This document shows, piece after piece, positions 1 through 8,107 of a DNA stretch of 24,873 nucleotides (within the stretch, counting starts at the first letter, position 1; each line of letters starts with the position of its first letter). The DNA lies in UHGV virus genome UHGV-0240820. One strand, given 5' to 3'. This DNA comes from a virus. A model generated the notes under the pieces. That model saw only the letters and a program-made list of their open reading frames with translations, did no database searches and was not told the origin of the DNA. The position numbers and the translations under genes are program-made.

Positions 1-1
1 A

Positions 2-157
2 CCAAGCATCCCCAACACTCAGGTCGGCGTATATGGCGACTGGTTTAATGATGGCAAGCCCACTTGGGATGACGGTGGTGGCGAAGACCTGTATCTCAAG
101 GAGGTAACCCACTGGATGCCGCTGCCAGAACCGCCGCAGGAGGTTAACCGTGGCTAA
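2..157 (+). CDS. hypothetical protein, 3' end only (5' part lies upstream of the window)
   Basis: Frame 2 is open for 51 codons from the window edge to TAA at 155-157; the end overlaps the GTG start of the next gene by 8 nt, suggesting coupling. No recognisable motif. Confidence 0.3.
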   Translation, partial: PSIPNTQVGVYGDWFNDGKPTWDDGGGEDLYLKEVTHWMPLPEPPQEVNRG

Positions 158-431
158 CCTGCAACTTGCCGTTAAAGGTGAATACTTCGATGCCATGATT
201 CGCGGAGAGAAAACGGAAGAGTATCGCCTGTGTAATGACTACTGGAATAAGCGAATTATGTTCCGCGAGTATGACCGCCTGATTATCACAAAGGGATATC
301 CGAAGCGCGACGATTCCAGCCGCAGAATTGACGTCCCGTATGACGGATATGAAATCAAGACAATCACACATCCGCACTTCGGCGATAAGCCGGCAAAGGT
401 GTTCGCGATAAAGGTGAATATTGATGGCTAA
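150..431 (+). CDS. ASCH-domain-like small protein (93 aa)
   Basis: GTG start at 150 preceded by AGGAGG (138-143). Contains a G-x-K-x-x-E-x-R motif (RGEKTEEYR) characteristic of ASCH/PUA-like domains. Domain call is from memory of the motif. Confidence 0.5.
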   Translation: MANLQLAVKGEYFDAMIRGEKTEEYRLCNDYWNKRIMFREYDRLIITKGYPKRDDSSRRIDVPYDGYEIKTITHPHFGDKPAKVFAIKVNIDG

Positions 432-726
432 ATCAGCAGCAGAGCGCAAAGCCGCTCAGAGAGCCAGACAAGCTGCATCTGGTGTGCGTAAGCTGGAAAT
501 TGTGCTTGATGCTCAGGAAATTGAAATGCTGGAGCGTAACTGTGCCACGCGTCGCCCCGGGCGTGCGCCTTACGAATTTGGTGAGTATATAGCGTTACTG
601 ATCCGCCAGGATGATGCACGCGTGCACGGGCGTATAAAATCGATCAGCAGAAACGTTGCGGTAAGTGCGGCGAGAGAGTTCCCGTTAATTCATGCCCGTG
701 TAATGGTGACTCGGAATGCTGGGTGA
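424..726 (+). CDS. hypothetical small protein; 3' part probably frameshifted (see findings)
   Basis: ATG at 424 with AAGGTGA (411-417) at 6 nt spacing. N-terminal 70 aa look protein-like; the C-terminal 30 aa in this frame do not, while the -1 frame encodes a Cys-rich ribbon-like tail ending at TGA 759-761. Confidence 0.4.
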   Translation: MAKSAAERKAAQRARQAASGVRKLEIVLDAQEIEMLERNCATRRPGRAPYEFGEYIALLIRQDDARVHGRIKSISRNVAVSAAREFPLIHARVMVTRNAG

Positions 727-756
727 CTAAAGGCTGGCATGAAACGAAATTAATAG

Positions 757-770
757 CGTGACATGTCACG
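757..770. repeat. 14-bp perfect palindrome CGTGACATGTCACG
   Basis: Read directly from sequence; the 12-bp core GTGACATGTCAC recurs at 3023-3034. Confidence 0.6.
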
Positions 771-810
771 AGTAGATTATGCATGATGAATTTGATGGGT
801 TTTGAATACT

Positions 811-837
811 GCCGCCAACTATGGCGGCTTTATTTTG
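811..837 (+). terminator. intrinsic terminator-like hairpin upstream of the terminase genes
   Basis: GCCGCCA (811-817), loop ACTA, TGGCGGC (822-828), followed by TTTATTTTG. Confidence 0.55.
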
Positions 838-842
838 CATGG

Positions 843-862
843 TACTATTACCACAACGGTAA
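843..862 (+). promoter_or_regulatory. -10-like TACTAT abutting dyad TTACCACAACGGTAA (848-862); candidate late promoter/operator
   Basis: Same hexamer-plus-dyad arrangement as at 21184-21203 on the minus strand. Lies 18 bp upstream of the terminase small subunit start. No good -35 element. Confidence 0.4.
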
Positions 863-879
863 CTATTACCACGGTGGTT

Positions 880-1476
880 ATGATGCCTGCTGAACCTAAA
901 ACCTATAAACGCAAATCAACGCAATTTAAGCCACTAACAGCAATGCAGGAGGCTTATTGCCAGTCATACATCAAAACGCCTGAAAACCAGACTCAGGCAG
1001 CGATTAACGCAGGATTCTCCCCAAATACAGCGGCAGTTAAAGCCAGTCTCATGATGCGCGATGAACGCATTCAAAAACGGATTGCCGAGCTGATGGAAGA
1101 GCGCAACAAACGAATGCGCGTCAGTGCTGATTACGTTCTCATGCGCCTGGTGGAGATCGACCAGATGGACGTGATCGACATCCTCAACGACGATGGGAGC
1201 CTTAAGCCAATCCGCGAGTGGCCGAAAATCTGGCGCACTACGCTTAGTGGCTTTGATCTGTCATCGACCATCATGAACATGAACGAGGATTCGATAGAGA
1301 CAATCCTCAAAAAAATTAAATGGCCTGACAAGGTGAAGAACCTCGAACTGATTGGTAAGCACGTCGACGTCAACGCATTCAAAGAACGCCTGGATGTTAA
1401 TGTGAATGTGACAATTGCTGATCGCATAGCGGCAGCCAGGAAGAGACTGAAAGAACGTCAGGATGGCAATCAGTGA
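880..1476 (+). CDS. terminase small subunit
   Basis: Position immediately upstream of, and overlapping (GTGA), the large subunit. Sequence resembles small-terminase families (from memory). Start placed at ATG 880 (or 883, GGTGG at 873-877); the ORF-track start at 802 is rejected because it spans the terminator and the direct repeat. Confidence 0.7.
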   Translation: MMPAEPKTYKRKSTQFKPLTAMQEAYCQSYIKTPENQTQAAINAGFSPNTAAVKASLMMRDERIQKRIAELMEERNKRMRVSADYVLMRLVEIDQMDVIDILNDDGSLKPIREWPKIWRTTLSGFDLSSTIMNMNEDSIETILKKIKWPDKVKNLELIGKHVDVNAFKERLDVNVNVTIADRIAAARKRLKERQDGNQ

Positions 1477-2948
1477 CAGATACAGCGTTATCTCCTGAAG
1501 AGCAGTTAATCGAGGATATTGCAGGGTTCACTCACGATCCGCTTGGCTATGCCCTCTATGCGTTCCCATGGGGGGAAGAGGGGACTGAACTGGCACATGC
1601 CACCGGCCCACGTCAGTGGCAGGCTGATGCGTTCCGAGAGATACGTGATCACCTGCAGAATCCAGAGACGCGCTATCAGCCGCTTATGCTGGCACGCGCT
1701 TCTGGTCACGGTATTGGTAAATCCGCATTCATCTCAATGCTGATCAACTGGGGCATGTCCACTTGCGAGGATTGTAAGGTCGTGGTGACCGCCAACACCG
1801 ACAACCAGCTACGAACGAAGACCTGGCCGGAAATTATCAAGTGGTCGAACCTTGCTATCACGAAAGACTGGTTTACCTGTACCGCTACCGCGATGTACAG
1901 CAATGACCTAGGGCACGACAAGCGGTGGCGGGCTGACGCAATACCCTGGTCTGAGCACAACACCGAGGCATTCGCCGGACTACACAACGAGCGCAAACGC
2001 ATCATCGTGGTGTTTGATGAAGCGTCGAACATTGCGGATCTGGTGTGGGAAGTTGCCGAGGGTGCGCTTACGGACGAAGACACTGAGATTATTTGGGTGG
2101 CGTTCGGAAACCCTACACGTAACACCGGGCGTTTTCGCGAATGTTTCCGCAAATATAAACACCGCTGGAAAACTGCGCAGATTGACAGCCGGACGGTGGA
2201 AGGCACCAACAAACAGCAGTTGCAGAAATGGGTTGATGACTACGGGGAAGATAGCGACTTCGTTAAAATCCGTGTGCGTGGCATATTCCCTGATGCATCT
2301 GAATTGCAGTTTATCCCTACCGGTCTTACTGACGAGGCAATGAAACGGGTGGTAACCGCTGCGCAGGTTGCACATGCTCCGGTGATAATCGGTGTTGACC
2401 CGGCATATTCAGGCGTTGATGACGCGGTGATATACCTGCGGCAGGGGCTACACAGTAAGGTGCTGTGGACTGGCAACAAGACTACCGACGATCTGATTAT
2501 GGCGAAGCGTATCGCTGACTTTGAAGACCAGTATCAGGCTGACGCGGTGTTCATCGACTTCGGTTACGGAACCGGTTTGAAGTCAATCGGTGACGGCTGG
2601 GGTCGTACATGGCAACTTGTTCCGTTCGGTGGCGCGTCTACTGACCCGCAGATGCTCAACAAGCGTGGGGAGATGTTCAACTCATGCAAGACATGGCTGA
2701 GGCTCGGCGGCATGCTGGATGACCAGGAAACAGCGGACGACCTGTCGACGGCAGAGTACAAAGTTCGCGTGGACGGTAAAATCGTTATCGAACCGAAGGA
2801 AGATATCAAGGAGCGGCTTGGGCGTTCTCCTGGTAAAGGCGATGCGCTACTGCTGACGTTTGCGTTCCCTGTGTCGAAGCGTCTGCGAATTCCCGGGCAG
2901 CAGAACCAGCAAGGCAAGGCCATCACAGATTACGATCCATATGCTTAA
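1473..2948 (+). CDS. terminase large subunit (ATPase + nuclease)
   Basis: 491 aa. Walker A-like GHGIGKS, Walker B-like VVFDEAS, and an RNaseH-like nuclease region (IGVDPAYSG...DDAV). GTG start overlaps the upstream stop. Confidence 0.9.
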   Translation: MTDTALSPEEQLIEDIAGFTHDPLGYALYAFPWGEEGTELAHATGPRQWQADAFREIRDHLQNPETRYQPLMLARASGHGIGKSAFISMLINWGMSTCEDCKVVVTANTDNQLRTKTWPEIIKWSNLAITKDWFTCTATAMYSNDLGHDKRWRADAIPWSEHNTEAFAGLHNERKRIIVVFDEASNIADLVWEVAEGALTDEDTEIIWVAFGNPTRNTGRFRECFRKYKHRWKTAQIDSRTVEGTNKQQLQKWVDDYGEDSDFVKIRVRGIFPDASELQFIPTGLTDEAMKRVVTAAQVAHAPVIIGVDPAYSGVDDAVIYLRQGLHSKVLWTGNKTTDDLIMAKRIADFEDQYQADAVFIDFGYGTGLKSIGDGWGRTWQLVPFGGASTDPQMLNKRGEMFNSCKTWLRLGGMLDDQETADDLSTAEYKVRVDGKIVIEPKEDIKERLGRSPGKGDALLLTFAFPVSKRLRIPGQQNQQGKAITDYDPYA

Positions 2949-2998
2949 TCCGCTGGTGGGGATAATGTCGTTGATATCCTCTGATGAGGATAAAACAA

Positions 2999-3025
2999 AG
3001 CCAGCTCATCGGCTGGCTGTTTGTG
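2999..3025 (+). terminator. weak terminator-like hairpin after the terminase large subunit
   Basis: AGCCAGC (2999-3005), loop TCATCG, GCTGGCT (3012-3018), then GTTTGTG. The T tract is poor. Confidence 0.35.
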
Positions 3026-3034
3026 ACATGTCAC
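3023..3034. repeat. palindrome GTGACATGTCAC (second copy)
   Basis: Exact 12-bp match to the core of the 757-770 palindrome. Confidence 0.6.
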
Positions 3035-3038
3035 GGCG

Positions 3039-3461
3039 TTAGAAGGTTATTTTATCGAATGCGGCGTTGATTGCCTTGGCGTCCTGCTCAGCACCAACCA
3101 CATCAAGTAAAGATCTTTTACTAAGCACTTCAGCCAGGCATTGTAACTTCATGTTGTATAAGTTTTCGCGCATGTAATCATCATCACTTTTTTCTTTGGC
3201 GTATACAGCGCGAGAAATATCAAACACATTGCCTTTTTCCATTTCAGTTTTCTGCGCTGAAATCCAGTCATGGCAAGTAACTCCTATTCCATGGTCATCG
3301 CTAAGCGTTAACCCGGCAAGTCGCTCACCTGGAATTGCTTCACAAAGCATTTCATTTCCTGCAAAAACACCATAAAAAATTGAATCATCACCCTGAACAA
3401 TGCGTACATATTTGCACGGCCATTCATTTAGATATTTAGCTAGCATGTCGGCTGTTTTCAT
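3039..3461 (-). CDS. hypothetical protein (140 aa), reverse-oriented moron
   Basis: Clean ORF with AAGGTGA 4 nt upstream of the ATG on the minus strand. Convergent with the terminase genes. No recognisable motif. Confidence 0.55.
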   Translation of the reverse strand: MKTADMLAKYLNEWPCKYVRIVQGDDSIFYGVFAGNEMLCEAIPGERLAGLTLSDDHGIGVTCHDWISAQKTEMEKGNVFDISRAVYAKEKSDDDYMRENLYNMKLQCLAEVLSKRSLLDVVGAEQDAKAINAAFDKITF

Positions 3462-3471
3462 GATCTCACCT

Positions 3472-3496
3472 TAAAAAAATGCCCGGCGAACCGGGC
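3472..3496 (-). terminator. intrinsic terminator (minus strand)
   Basis: On the minus strand: GCCCGG, loop TTCG, CCGGGC, followed by a T7 run (plus-strand A-run 3473-3479). Confidence 0.7.
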
Positions 3497-3659
3497 GAAC
3501 TGGAAGCAATGAGTTATGCCTTCCGTGGCTGTACTGGTTTACAGCATGAAGCCATCGCAATGGCGCCCTGCTGTAAAAAGGGCGGTGATAGTCCTTCAAG
3601 GGAAACCATCACCGCCAAGCCCCTGGAACTTCTGGCATCACGGTCCTTAGGCGTGATTC

Positions 3660-3736
3660 TGGCGTGGCATGCAGGATTCGAACCTGCGACCAACCGCTTA
3701 GAAGGCGGTTGCTCTGTCCAACTGAGCTAATGCCAC
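3660..3736 (-). tRNA. tRNA-Arg (anticodon UCU)
   Basis: Minus-strand 77-nt cloverleaf: acceptor GTGGCAT/ATGCCAC, D stem GCTC/GAGC, anticodon stem ACCGC/GCGGT with loop CTTCTAA, T arm GCAGG-TTCGAAT-CCTGC, discriminator G, encoded CCA. Differs from host argU at several positions (from memory), so it is phage-encoded. Confidence 0.85.
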
Positions 3737-4058
3737 AACGCTGAGAGCACTTAGCCTGTTAAGGCGCCACACTTTGTCGCGGCTCCATAAATGCTCTCAT
3801 CGTTGTACCCTCGTCTCTTCCGAGGCGTCACACCGAATCGCCGGGATGGTGAATCCCCGTGCGCGGAATAAAACCGCTCGACTTGCACATTCCGGCTACC
3901 TGGTTCGTTTGCCACAGCCAGGGAGGGTGCCCCTTAAACGCATCCAGACCGCTATCGGCGCATGTGCCATACGCCGTACTGCTCAAAATAAAAGCTCACT
4001 CCACCTGTTCAATTTAACGACAAGCCAGTCAGGTTAGTAACCGGAATGAACTCTTTGG

Positions 4059-4073
4059 TTACCTGAAAGGTAA
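4059..4073. promoter_or_regulatory. dyad TTACCTGAAAGGTAA (operator-like)
   Basis: One of six TTACC-N5-GGTAA sites; intergenic. Confidence 0.45.
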
Positions 4074-4163
4074 TAATTCGCGCATTAAATGTCAACTGTC
4101 TACGATAAATAAATCATATGTGGTTAAATTGGTAATAATTTAATTGCGTACGGAGTCATTGAT

Positions 4164-4370
4164 ATGTGCATGGGTAGCTCACCATCAGTGCCTGCAACAC
4201 CAGAAGTTCAGGCAGCACCACAGGAGCAGGATGCCGCCGTTGTTGATGCCCGCGACGAAGAAACTCGTCGCCGTCGCGCTGCTGCTGGTCGTAGTTCTAC
4301 GCTGCTTACCGGTTCTCAGGGCGACACATCAACTGCTAATACCAGCGGTAAAACGCTGCTTGGTCAGTAA
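4164..4370 (+). CDS. hypothetical small protein (68 aa)
   Basis: ATG preceded by CGGAGTCATTGA, a 12-nt string identical to the portal translation-initiation region at 4372-4383. Low-complexity Ala/Arg-rich product, so coding status is uncertain. Confidence 0.35.
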   Translation: MCMGSSPSVPATPEVQAAPQEQDAAVVDARDEETRRRRAAAGRSSTLLTGSQGDTSTANTSGKTLLGQ

Positions 4371-4384
4371 CCGGAGTCATTGAA

Positions 4385-6064
4385 ATGGCGGAAACAACTA
4401 AAGAGCGATTGAACAAACAGTTCGCACAACTTGAAAGCGAGCGTCAGTCGTTCGAGCCGCACTGGCGCGAGTTGAGTGATTACATCAACCCGCGTGGTTC
4501 CCGCTTTCTGACTTCTGAGGTTAACCGTAACGATCGACGCAATACACGCATTATTGATTCGACCGGGACTATGGCGGCGCGCACTCTCGCCAGCGGCATG
4601 ATGTCAGGCATCACAAGCCCCGCGCGTCCGTGGTTTCGCCTGGCTACGCCAGATCCTGAAATGATGGATTATGGCCCTGTTAAGTTGTGGCTTGAGGCGG
4701 TGCAGAACCGCATGAACGATATGTTCAATAAGTCGAATCTCTATCAGTCGCTGCCGCAGTTATACGGAAGCCTCGGCACATACAGCACTGGTGCAATGGC
4801 AGTGCTGGAGGATGACGAGGACATCATTCGCACAATGCCATTCCCGATAGGCAGTTACTACCTGGCTAACTCACCTCGTGGCAGTGTGGACACCTGTTTT
4901 CGCAAGTTCTCTATGACTGTTCGTCAGCTTGTTCAGGAGTTCGGGCTAAATAACGTCAGCGAATCCGTAAAAAGCATGTGGGAAAGCGGAACCTACGAGA
5001 AGTGGATTGAAGTGATGCATTCGGTTTACCCGAACATTGACCGCGATACATCGAAGCTGGATAGCAAGAACAAGCCATTCAAATCGGTTTATTACGAGGT
5101 TGGTGGCGATAACGACAAGTTGTTGCGTGAGTCCGGATTCGATGAGTTTCCAATTATGGCTCCGCGCTGGGAAGTTAACGGCGAAGATGTTTATGGATCA
5201 TCATGCCCGGGTATGCTGGCGCTTGGACCTGTTAAGGCATTGCAGCTTCTCCAGAAGCGCAAGTCGCAGTTGATTGATAAAGCCACCAATCCGCCGATGG
5301 TTGCTCCGACTTCCCTCAAGAATCAGCGCGCCTCCCTTCTTCCTGGCGACATCACGTATATCGATCAGATTACTGGTCAGGATGGTTTCAGGCCTGCTTA
5401 TCTGGTTAACCCCAGTACAGCAGATTTGGTGGCAGACATTCAGGACACTCGTCAAATCATTAACAGCGCCTACTTTGTCGATCTGTTCATGATGTTGCAG
5501 AACATCAATACCCGCTCGATGCCTGTTGAAGCGGTGATCGAAATGAAAGAAGAAAAACTTCTGATGTTGGGGCCGGTTCTGGAGCGTCTGAACGACGAAT
5601 GTCTTAATCCTCTCATTGACCGCTCTTTCTCGATGATGGTGCGTAAAAACATGCTGCCGCCACCGCCTGACGCGATGGAAGGCATGCCCCTGAAGGTCGA
5701 ATACATTTCCGTCATGGCTCAGGCGCAGAAGTCTATCGGCCTGTCCAGTCTGGCGTCCACGGTTAACTTCATTGGTCAACTTGCGCAAGCGAAACCAGAA
5801 GCTCTCGACAAACTCAACGTTGATCAGGCGATCGATGCATTCGCTGATATGTCCGGAGTGTCTCCAACCGTCATTGTTCCGCAGGAACAGGTTGAGCAGG
5901 CTCGCCAGCAACGGGCACAGCAACAACAGCAGCAACAAATGATGGCGATGGGGATGGCGGCGGCACAGGGTGCCAAGACGCTAAGCGAAGCTAAAACTTC
6001 GGATCCGAGTGTTTTGTCAGCTATGGCGAATGCAGTTAGTGGTCAGGGTGGGCAATCACAATGA
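4385..6064 (+). CDS. portal protein (podovirus type)
   Basis: 559 aa, located after the terminase genes. Gln/Met/Ala-rich C-terminal tail (QQRAQQQQQQQMMAMGMAAAQGA) resembles the T7 gp8 C-terminus as I recall it. Confidence 0.85.
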   Translation: MAETTKERLNKQFAQLESERQSFEPHWRELSDYINPRGSRFLTSEVNRNDRRNTRIIDSTGTMAARTLASGMMSGITSPARPWFRLATPDPEMMDYGPVKLWLEAVQNRMNDMFNKSNLYQSLPQLYGSLGTYSTGAMAVLEDDEDIIRTMPFPIGSYYLANSPRGSVDTCFRKFSMTVRQLVQEFGLNNVSESVKSMWESGTYEKWIEVMHSVYPNIDRDTSKLDSKNKPFKSVYYEVGGDNDKLLRESGFDEFPIMAPRWEVNGEDVYGSSCPGMLALGPVKALQLLQKRKSQLIDKATNPPMVAPTSLKNQRASLLPGDITYIDQITGQDGFRPAYLVNPSTADLVADIQDTRQIINSAYFVDLFMMLQNINTRSMPVEAVIEMKEEKLLMLGPVLERLNDECLNPLIDRSFSMMVRKNMLPPPPDAMEGMPLKVEYISVMAQAQKSIGLSSLASTVNFIGQLAQAKPEALDKLNVDQAIDAFADMSGVSPTVIVPQEQVEQARQQRAQQQQQQQMMAMGMAAAQGAKTLSEAKTSDPSVLSAMANAVSGQGGQSQ

Positions 6065-6357
6065 CAGATTACGAAGACGATCAACTGAAAGAAGAAAACG
6101 CCCGTAAGCAACGTGACATGGCACAGCGTGAAATTGATGACATTTGCTTTGTCATGAGCAGTGAACAGGGGCGTCGCGTTGTCTGGTCGGTGCTGGAGAA
6201 AGGCCGTGTGTTTTCCGCTATCTCACCGATGGACGCTATGGCAATGGCATTTAATGAGGGGCAACGCAATCTGGCGCTGGAACTGTTTCAGCGCGTTATG
6301 GCGCATTGCCCTGAACAGTATTTGAAGATGGCCAAAGAGGCCAGTGAACAGGAGTGA
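6061..6357 (+). CDS. hypothetical protein (98 aa) between portal and scaffold
   Basis: ATGA overlap with the portal stop; acidic, helical-looking. Confidence 0.55.
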   Translation: MTDYEDDQLKEENARKQRDMAQREIDDICFVMSSEQGRRVVWSVLEKGRVFSAISPMDAMAMAFNEGQRNLALELFQRVMAHCPEQYLKMAKEASEQE

Positions 6358-6359
6358 TC

Positions 6360-7055
6360 ATGAATTTATTTGAGCGTTTGCTGTATCGCCGTCTTTGCAA
6401 TGAGCAACCAGTCGATGGTGGAGCAGCTCCGGCTGCGTCAGAACCGTCAGCGCCTACAGGTGATAACCCTGCTCCAGTTGGTGATCCATCACAACAGGAA
6501 GGTGATAAGCCACAACCTGTTGCTGATGTCGATAAACCTGATGATGAAAAAAAATCTGAAAACGATAAGCAGGGTGAAAAAAAGGACGGCGATAAACCAG
6601 AGGGTGCGCCTGAAAAGTACGAGTTTCAGGCTGCCGAAGGCGTAGAGCTGGATACAGAAGCGTTGAAGGAATTCGAGCCGGTGGCGCGAGAACTAAACCT
6701 GACCAACGAGCAAGCGCAAAAGCTGGTTGATGCTTATCCGAAGATTCTGGCAGGTGTTCAGCAGCGCCAGGCAGAAGCCTGGCAGAAAACAACCGAGCAG
6801 TGGGCAGCGGATGTAAAAGCCGACAAAGAAATCGGTGGCGACAAGTTGATTTCTAACCTTAGCGCCGCACAGCGTGCGCTTGACCAGTTCGGGACACCTG
6901 AACTCAAAGAATATCTGAACACCACCGGGCTGGGTAATCACCCTGATCTGGTCAAAACGTTCGTGAAAATCGGAAAGGCGATGTCTGAAGATGGCATGGT
7001 CACCGGTGGTAATGAAGGCCAGCGTAGTGCGGCCGAAGTGCTCTATGGCAAATAA
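6360..7055 (+). CDS. scaffolding protein
   Basis: Highly acidic, Pro/Asp/Glu/Lys-rich N-terminal half and helical C-terminal half, immediately upstream of the capsid gene. Start placed at ATG 6360 (GGAG 6351-6354), not the GTG at 6354. Confidence 0.65.
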   Translation: MNLFERLLYRRLCNEQPVDGGAAPAASEPSAPTGDNPAPVGDPSQQEGDKPQPVADVDKPDDEKKSENDKQGEKKDGDKPEGAPEKYEFQAAEGVELDTEALKEFEPVARELNLTNEQAQKLVDAYPKILAGVQQRQAEAWQKTTEQWAADVKADKEIGGDKLISNLSAAQRALDQFGTPELKEYLNTTGLGNHPDLVKTFVKIGKAMSEDGMVTGGNEGQRSAAEVLYGK

Positions 7056-7069
7056 GAGAGGAAATGACA

Positions 7070-8056
7070 ATGGCTGTTAAAGGCTTAACTGCGCTAACGC
7101 TGGCTGACTGGGGTAAGCGCGTCGATCCAAACGGGAAAGTCGATAAGATTATCGAGCTTCTCGGTCAAACTAACCCGATCCTTCAGGATATGCCTTTTGT
7201 CGAAGGGAACCTTCCTACCGGACACCGAACCACCATTCGTTCTGGTTTACCTTCAGCTACCTGGCGTTTGCTGAACTATGGCGTACAGCCAAGCAAATCA
7301 ACCACAGTGCAGGTAACCGATTCCGTTGGCATGCTGGAAACCTATGCGGAAGTCGATAAGTCACTGGCTGATCTGAACGGCAATACCGCCGAATTCCGCC
7401 TGTCTGAAGACCGCGCATTTATTGAAGCGATGAATCAGCAGATGGCGCAGACGCTGTTTTATGGTGATTCCAGCGTTAACCCTCAGCAGTTTATGGGACT
7501 GTCCTCCCGCTATTCCAGCCTGTCTGCGGGTAATGCTCAGAACATCATTGATGCTGGTGGCACGGGTACAGATAACACCTCAATCTGGTTAGTGGTGTGG
7601 GGCGAAAACACCGTGCATGGCATCTTCCCGAAAGGGAAGAAGGCTGGCATCCAGATGGAAGATAAAGGCCAGGTGACACTGGAAGATGCTAATGGCGGCA
7701 AGTACGAAGGTTATCGCACCCATTACAAATGGGACAACGGACTTGCTCTGCGTGACTGGCGTTATGTTGTTCGCATTGCAAACATCGATGTCAGCAATCT
7801 TTCAGAACCATCCTCTGCCGCAAATATTGCCAAGTTGATGGTTAAGGCACTGCATCGCATTCCAAACCGTGGCATGGGCCGCCCGGTGTTCTACATGAAC
7901 CGCACTGTAGGCCAGGCTCTTGATCTGCAATCTCTGGAGAAAACATCTCTGGCTATCAGCGTAAAAGAGACTGAAGGCGAGTGGTGGACTTCATTCCGTG
8001 GTGTACCAATCCGTGAAACTGATGCGCTTCTGGAAACAGAAGCCCGCGTGGTGTAA
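7070..8056 (+). CDS. major capsid protein
   Basis: ~328 aa, after the scaffold gene and before a hairpin. Start placed at ATG 7070 (GAGG 7058-7061 at 8 nt spacing); alternative ATG at 7064. Confidence 0.75.
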   Translation: MAVKGLTALTLADWGKRVDPNGKVDKIIELLGQTNPILQDMPFVEGNLPTGHRTTIRSGLPSATWRLLNYGVQPSKSTTVQVTDSVGMLETYAEVDKSLADLNGNTAEFRLSEDRAFIEAMNQQMAQTLFYGDSSVNPQQFMGLSSRYSSLSAGNAQNIIDAGGTGTDNTSIWLVVWGENTVHGIFPKGKKAGIQMEDKGQVTLEDANGGKYEGYRTHYKWDNGLALRDWRYVVRIANIDVSNLSEPSSAANIAKLMVKALHRIPNRGMGRPVFYMNRTVGQALDLQSLEKTSLAISVKETEGEWWTSFRGVPIRETDALLETEARVV

Positions 8057-8107
8057 CGCCTGTTATTAACCTGTGGGTCGTAACAGACCCACTAATGGAG
8101 AAAGAAG

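Noticed and set aside
757-770. CRP-binding site interpretation of TGTGACATGTCACG
   Set aside because: The half-sites resemble TGTGA/TCACA but are 4 bp apart, not the 6 bp CRP requires.
802-879. N-terminal extension of the small terminase ORF (MNTAANYGGFILHGTITTTVTITTVV...)
   Set aside because: It spans the terminator hairpin and the direct repeat and dyad; the low-complexity Thr/Val run is a translation of repeated DNA; no RBS. Start moved to 880/883.
3507-3659. A second tRNA downstream of tRNA-Arg on the minus strand
   Set aside because: The region has a long hairpin but no T-loop (TTCGAAT-like) consensus or cloverleaf; kept only as unexplained structured RNA.
3479-3730. 83-aa plus-strand ORF
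   Set aside because: It overlaps the terminator and the tRNA-Arg gene and has no RBS; the region is better explained as RNA.
3774-4037. 87-aa plus-strand ORF in the GC-rich spacer upstream of the tRNA
   Set aside because: Arg/His-rich, non-protein-like composition, no RBS; treated as non-coding leader.
5201-5938. 245-aa minus-strand ORF antisense to the portal gene
   Set aside because: It lies fully inside the well-supported portal CDS; low-complexity Arg/His/Leu-rich product typical of antisense frames.
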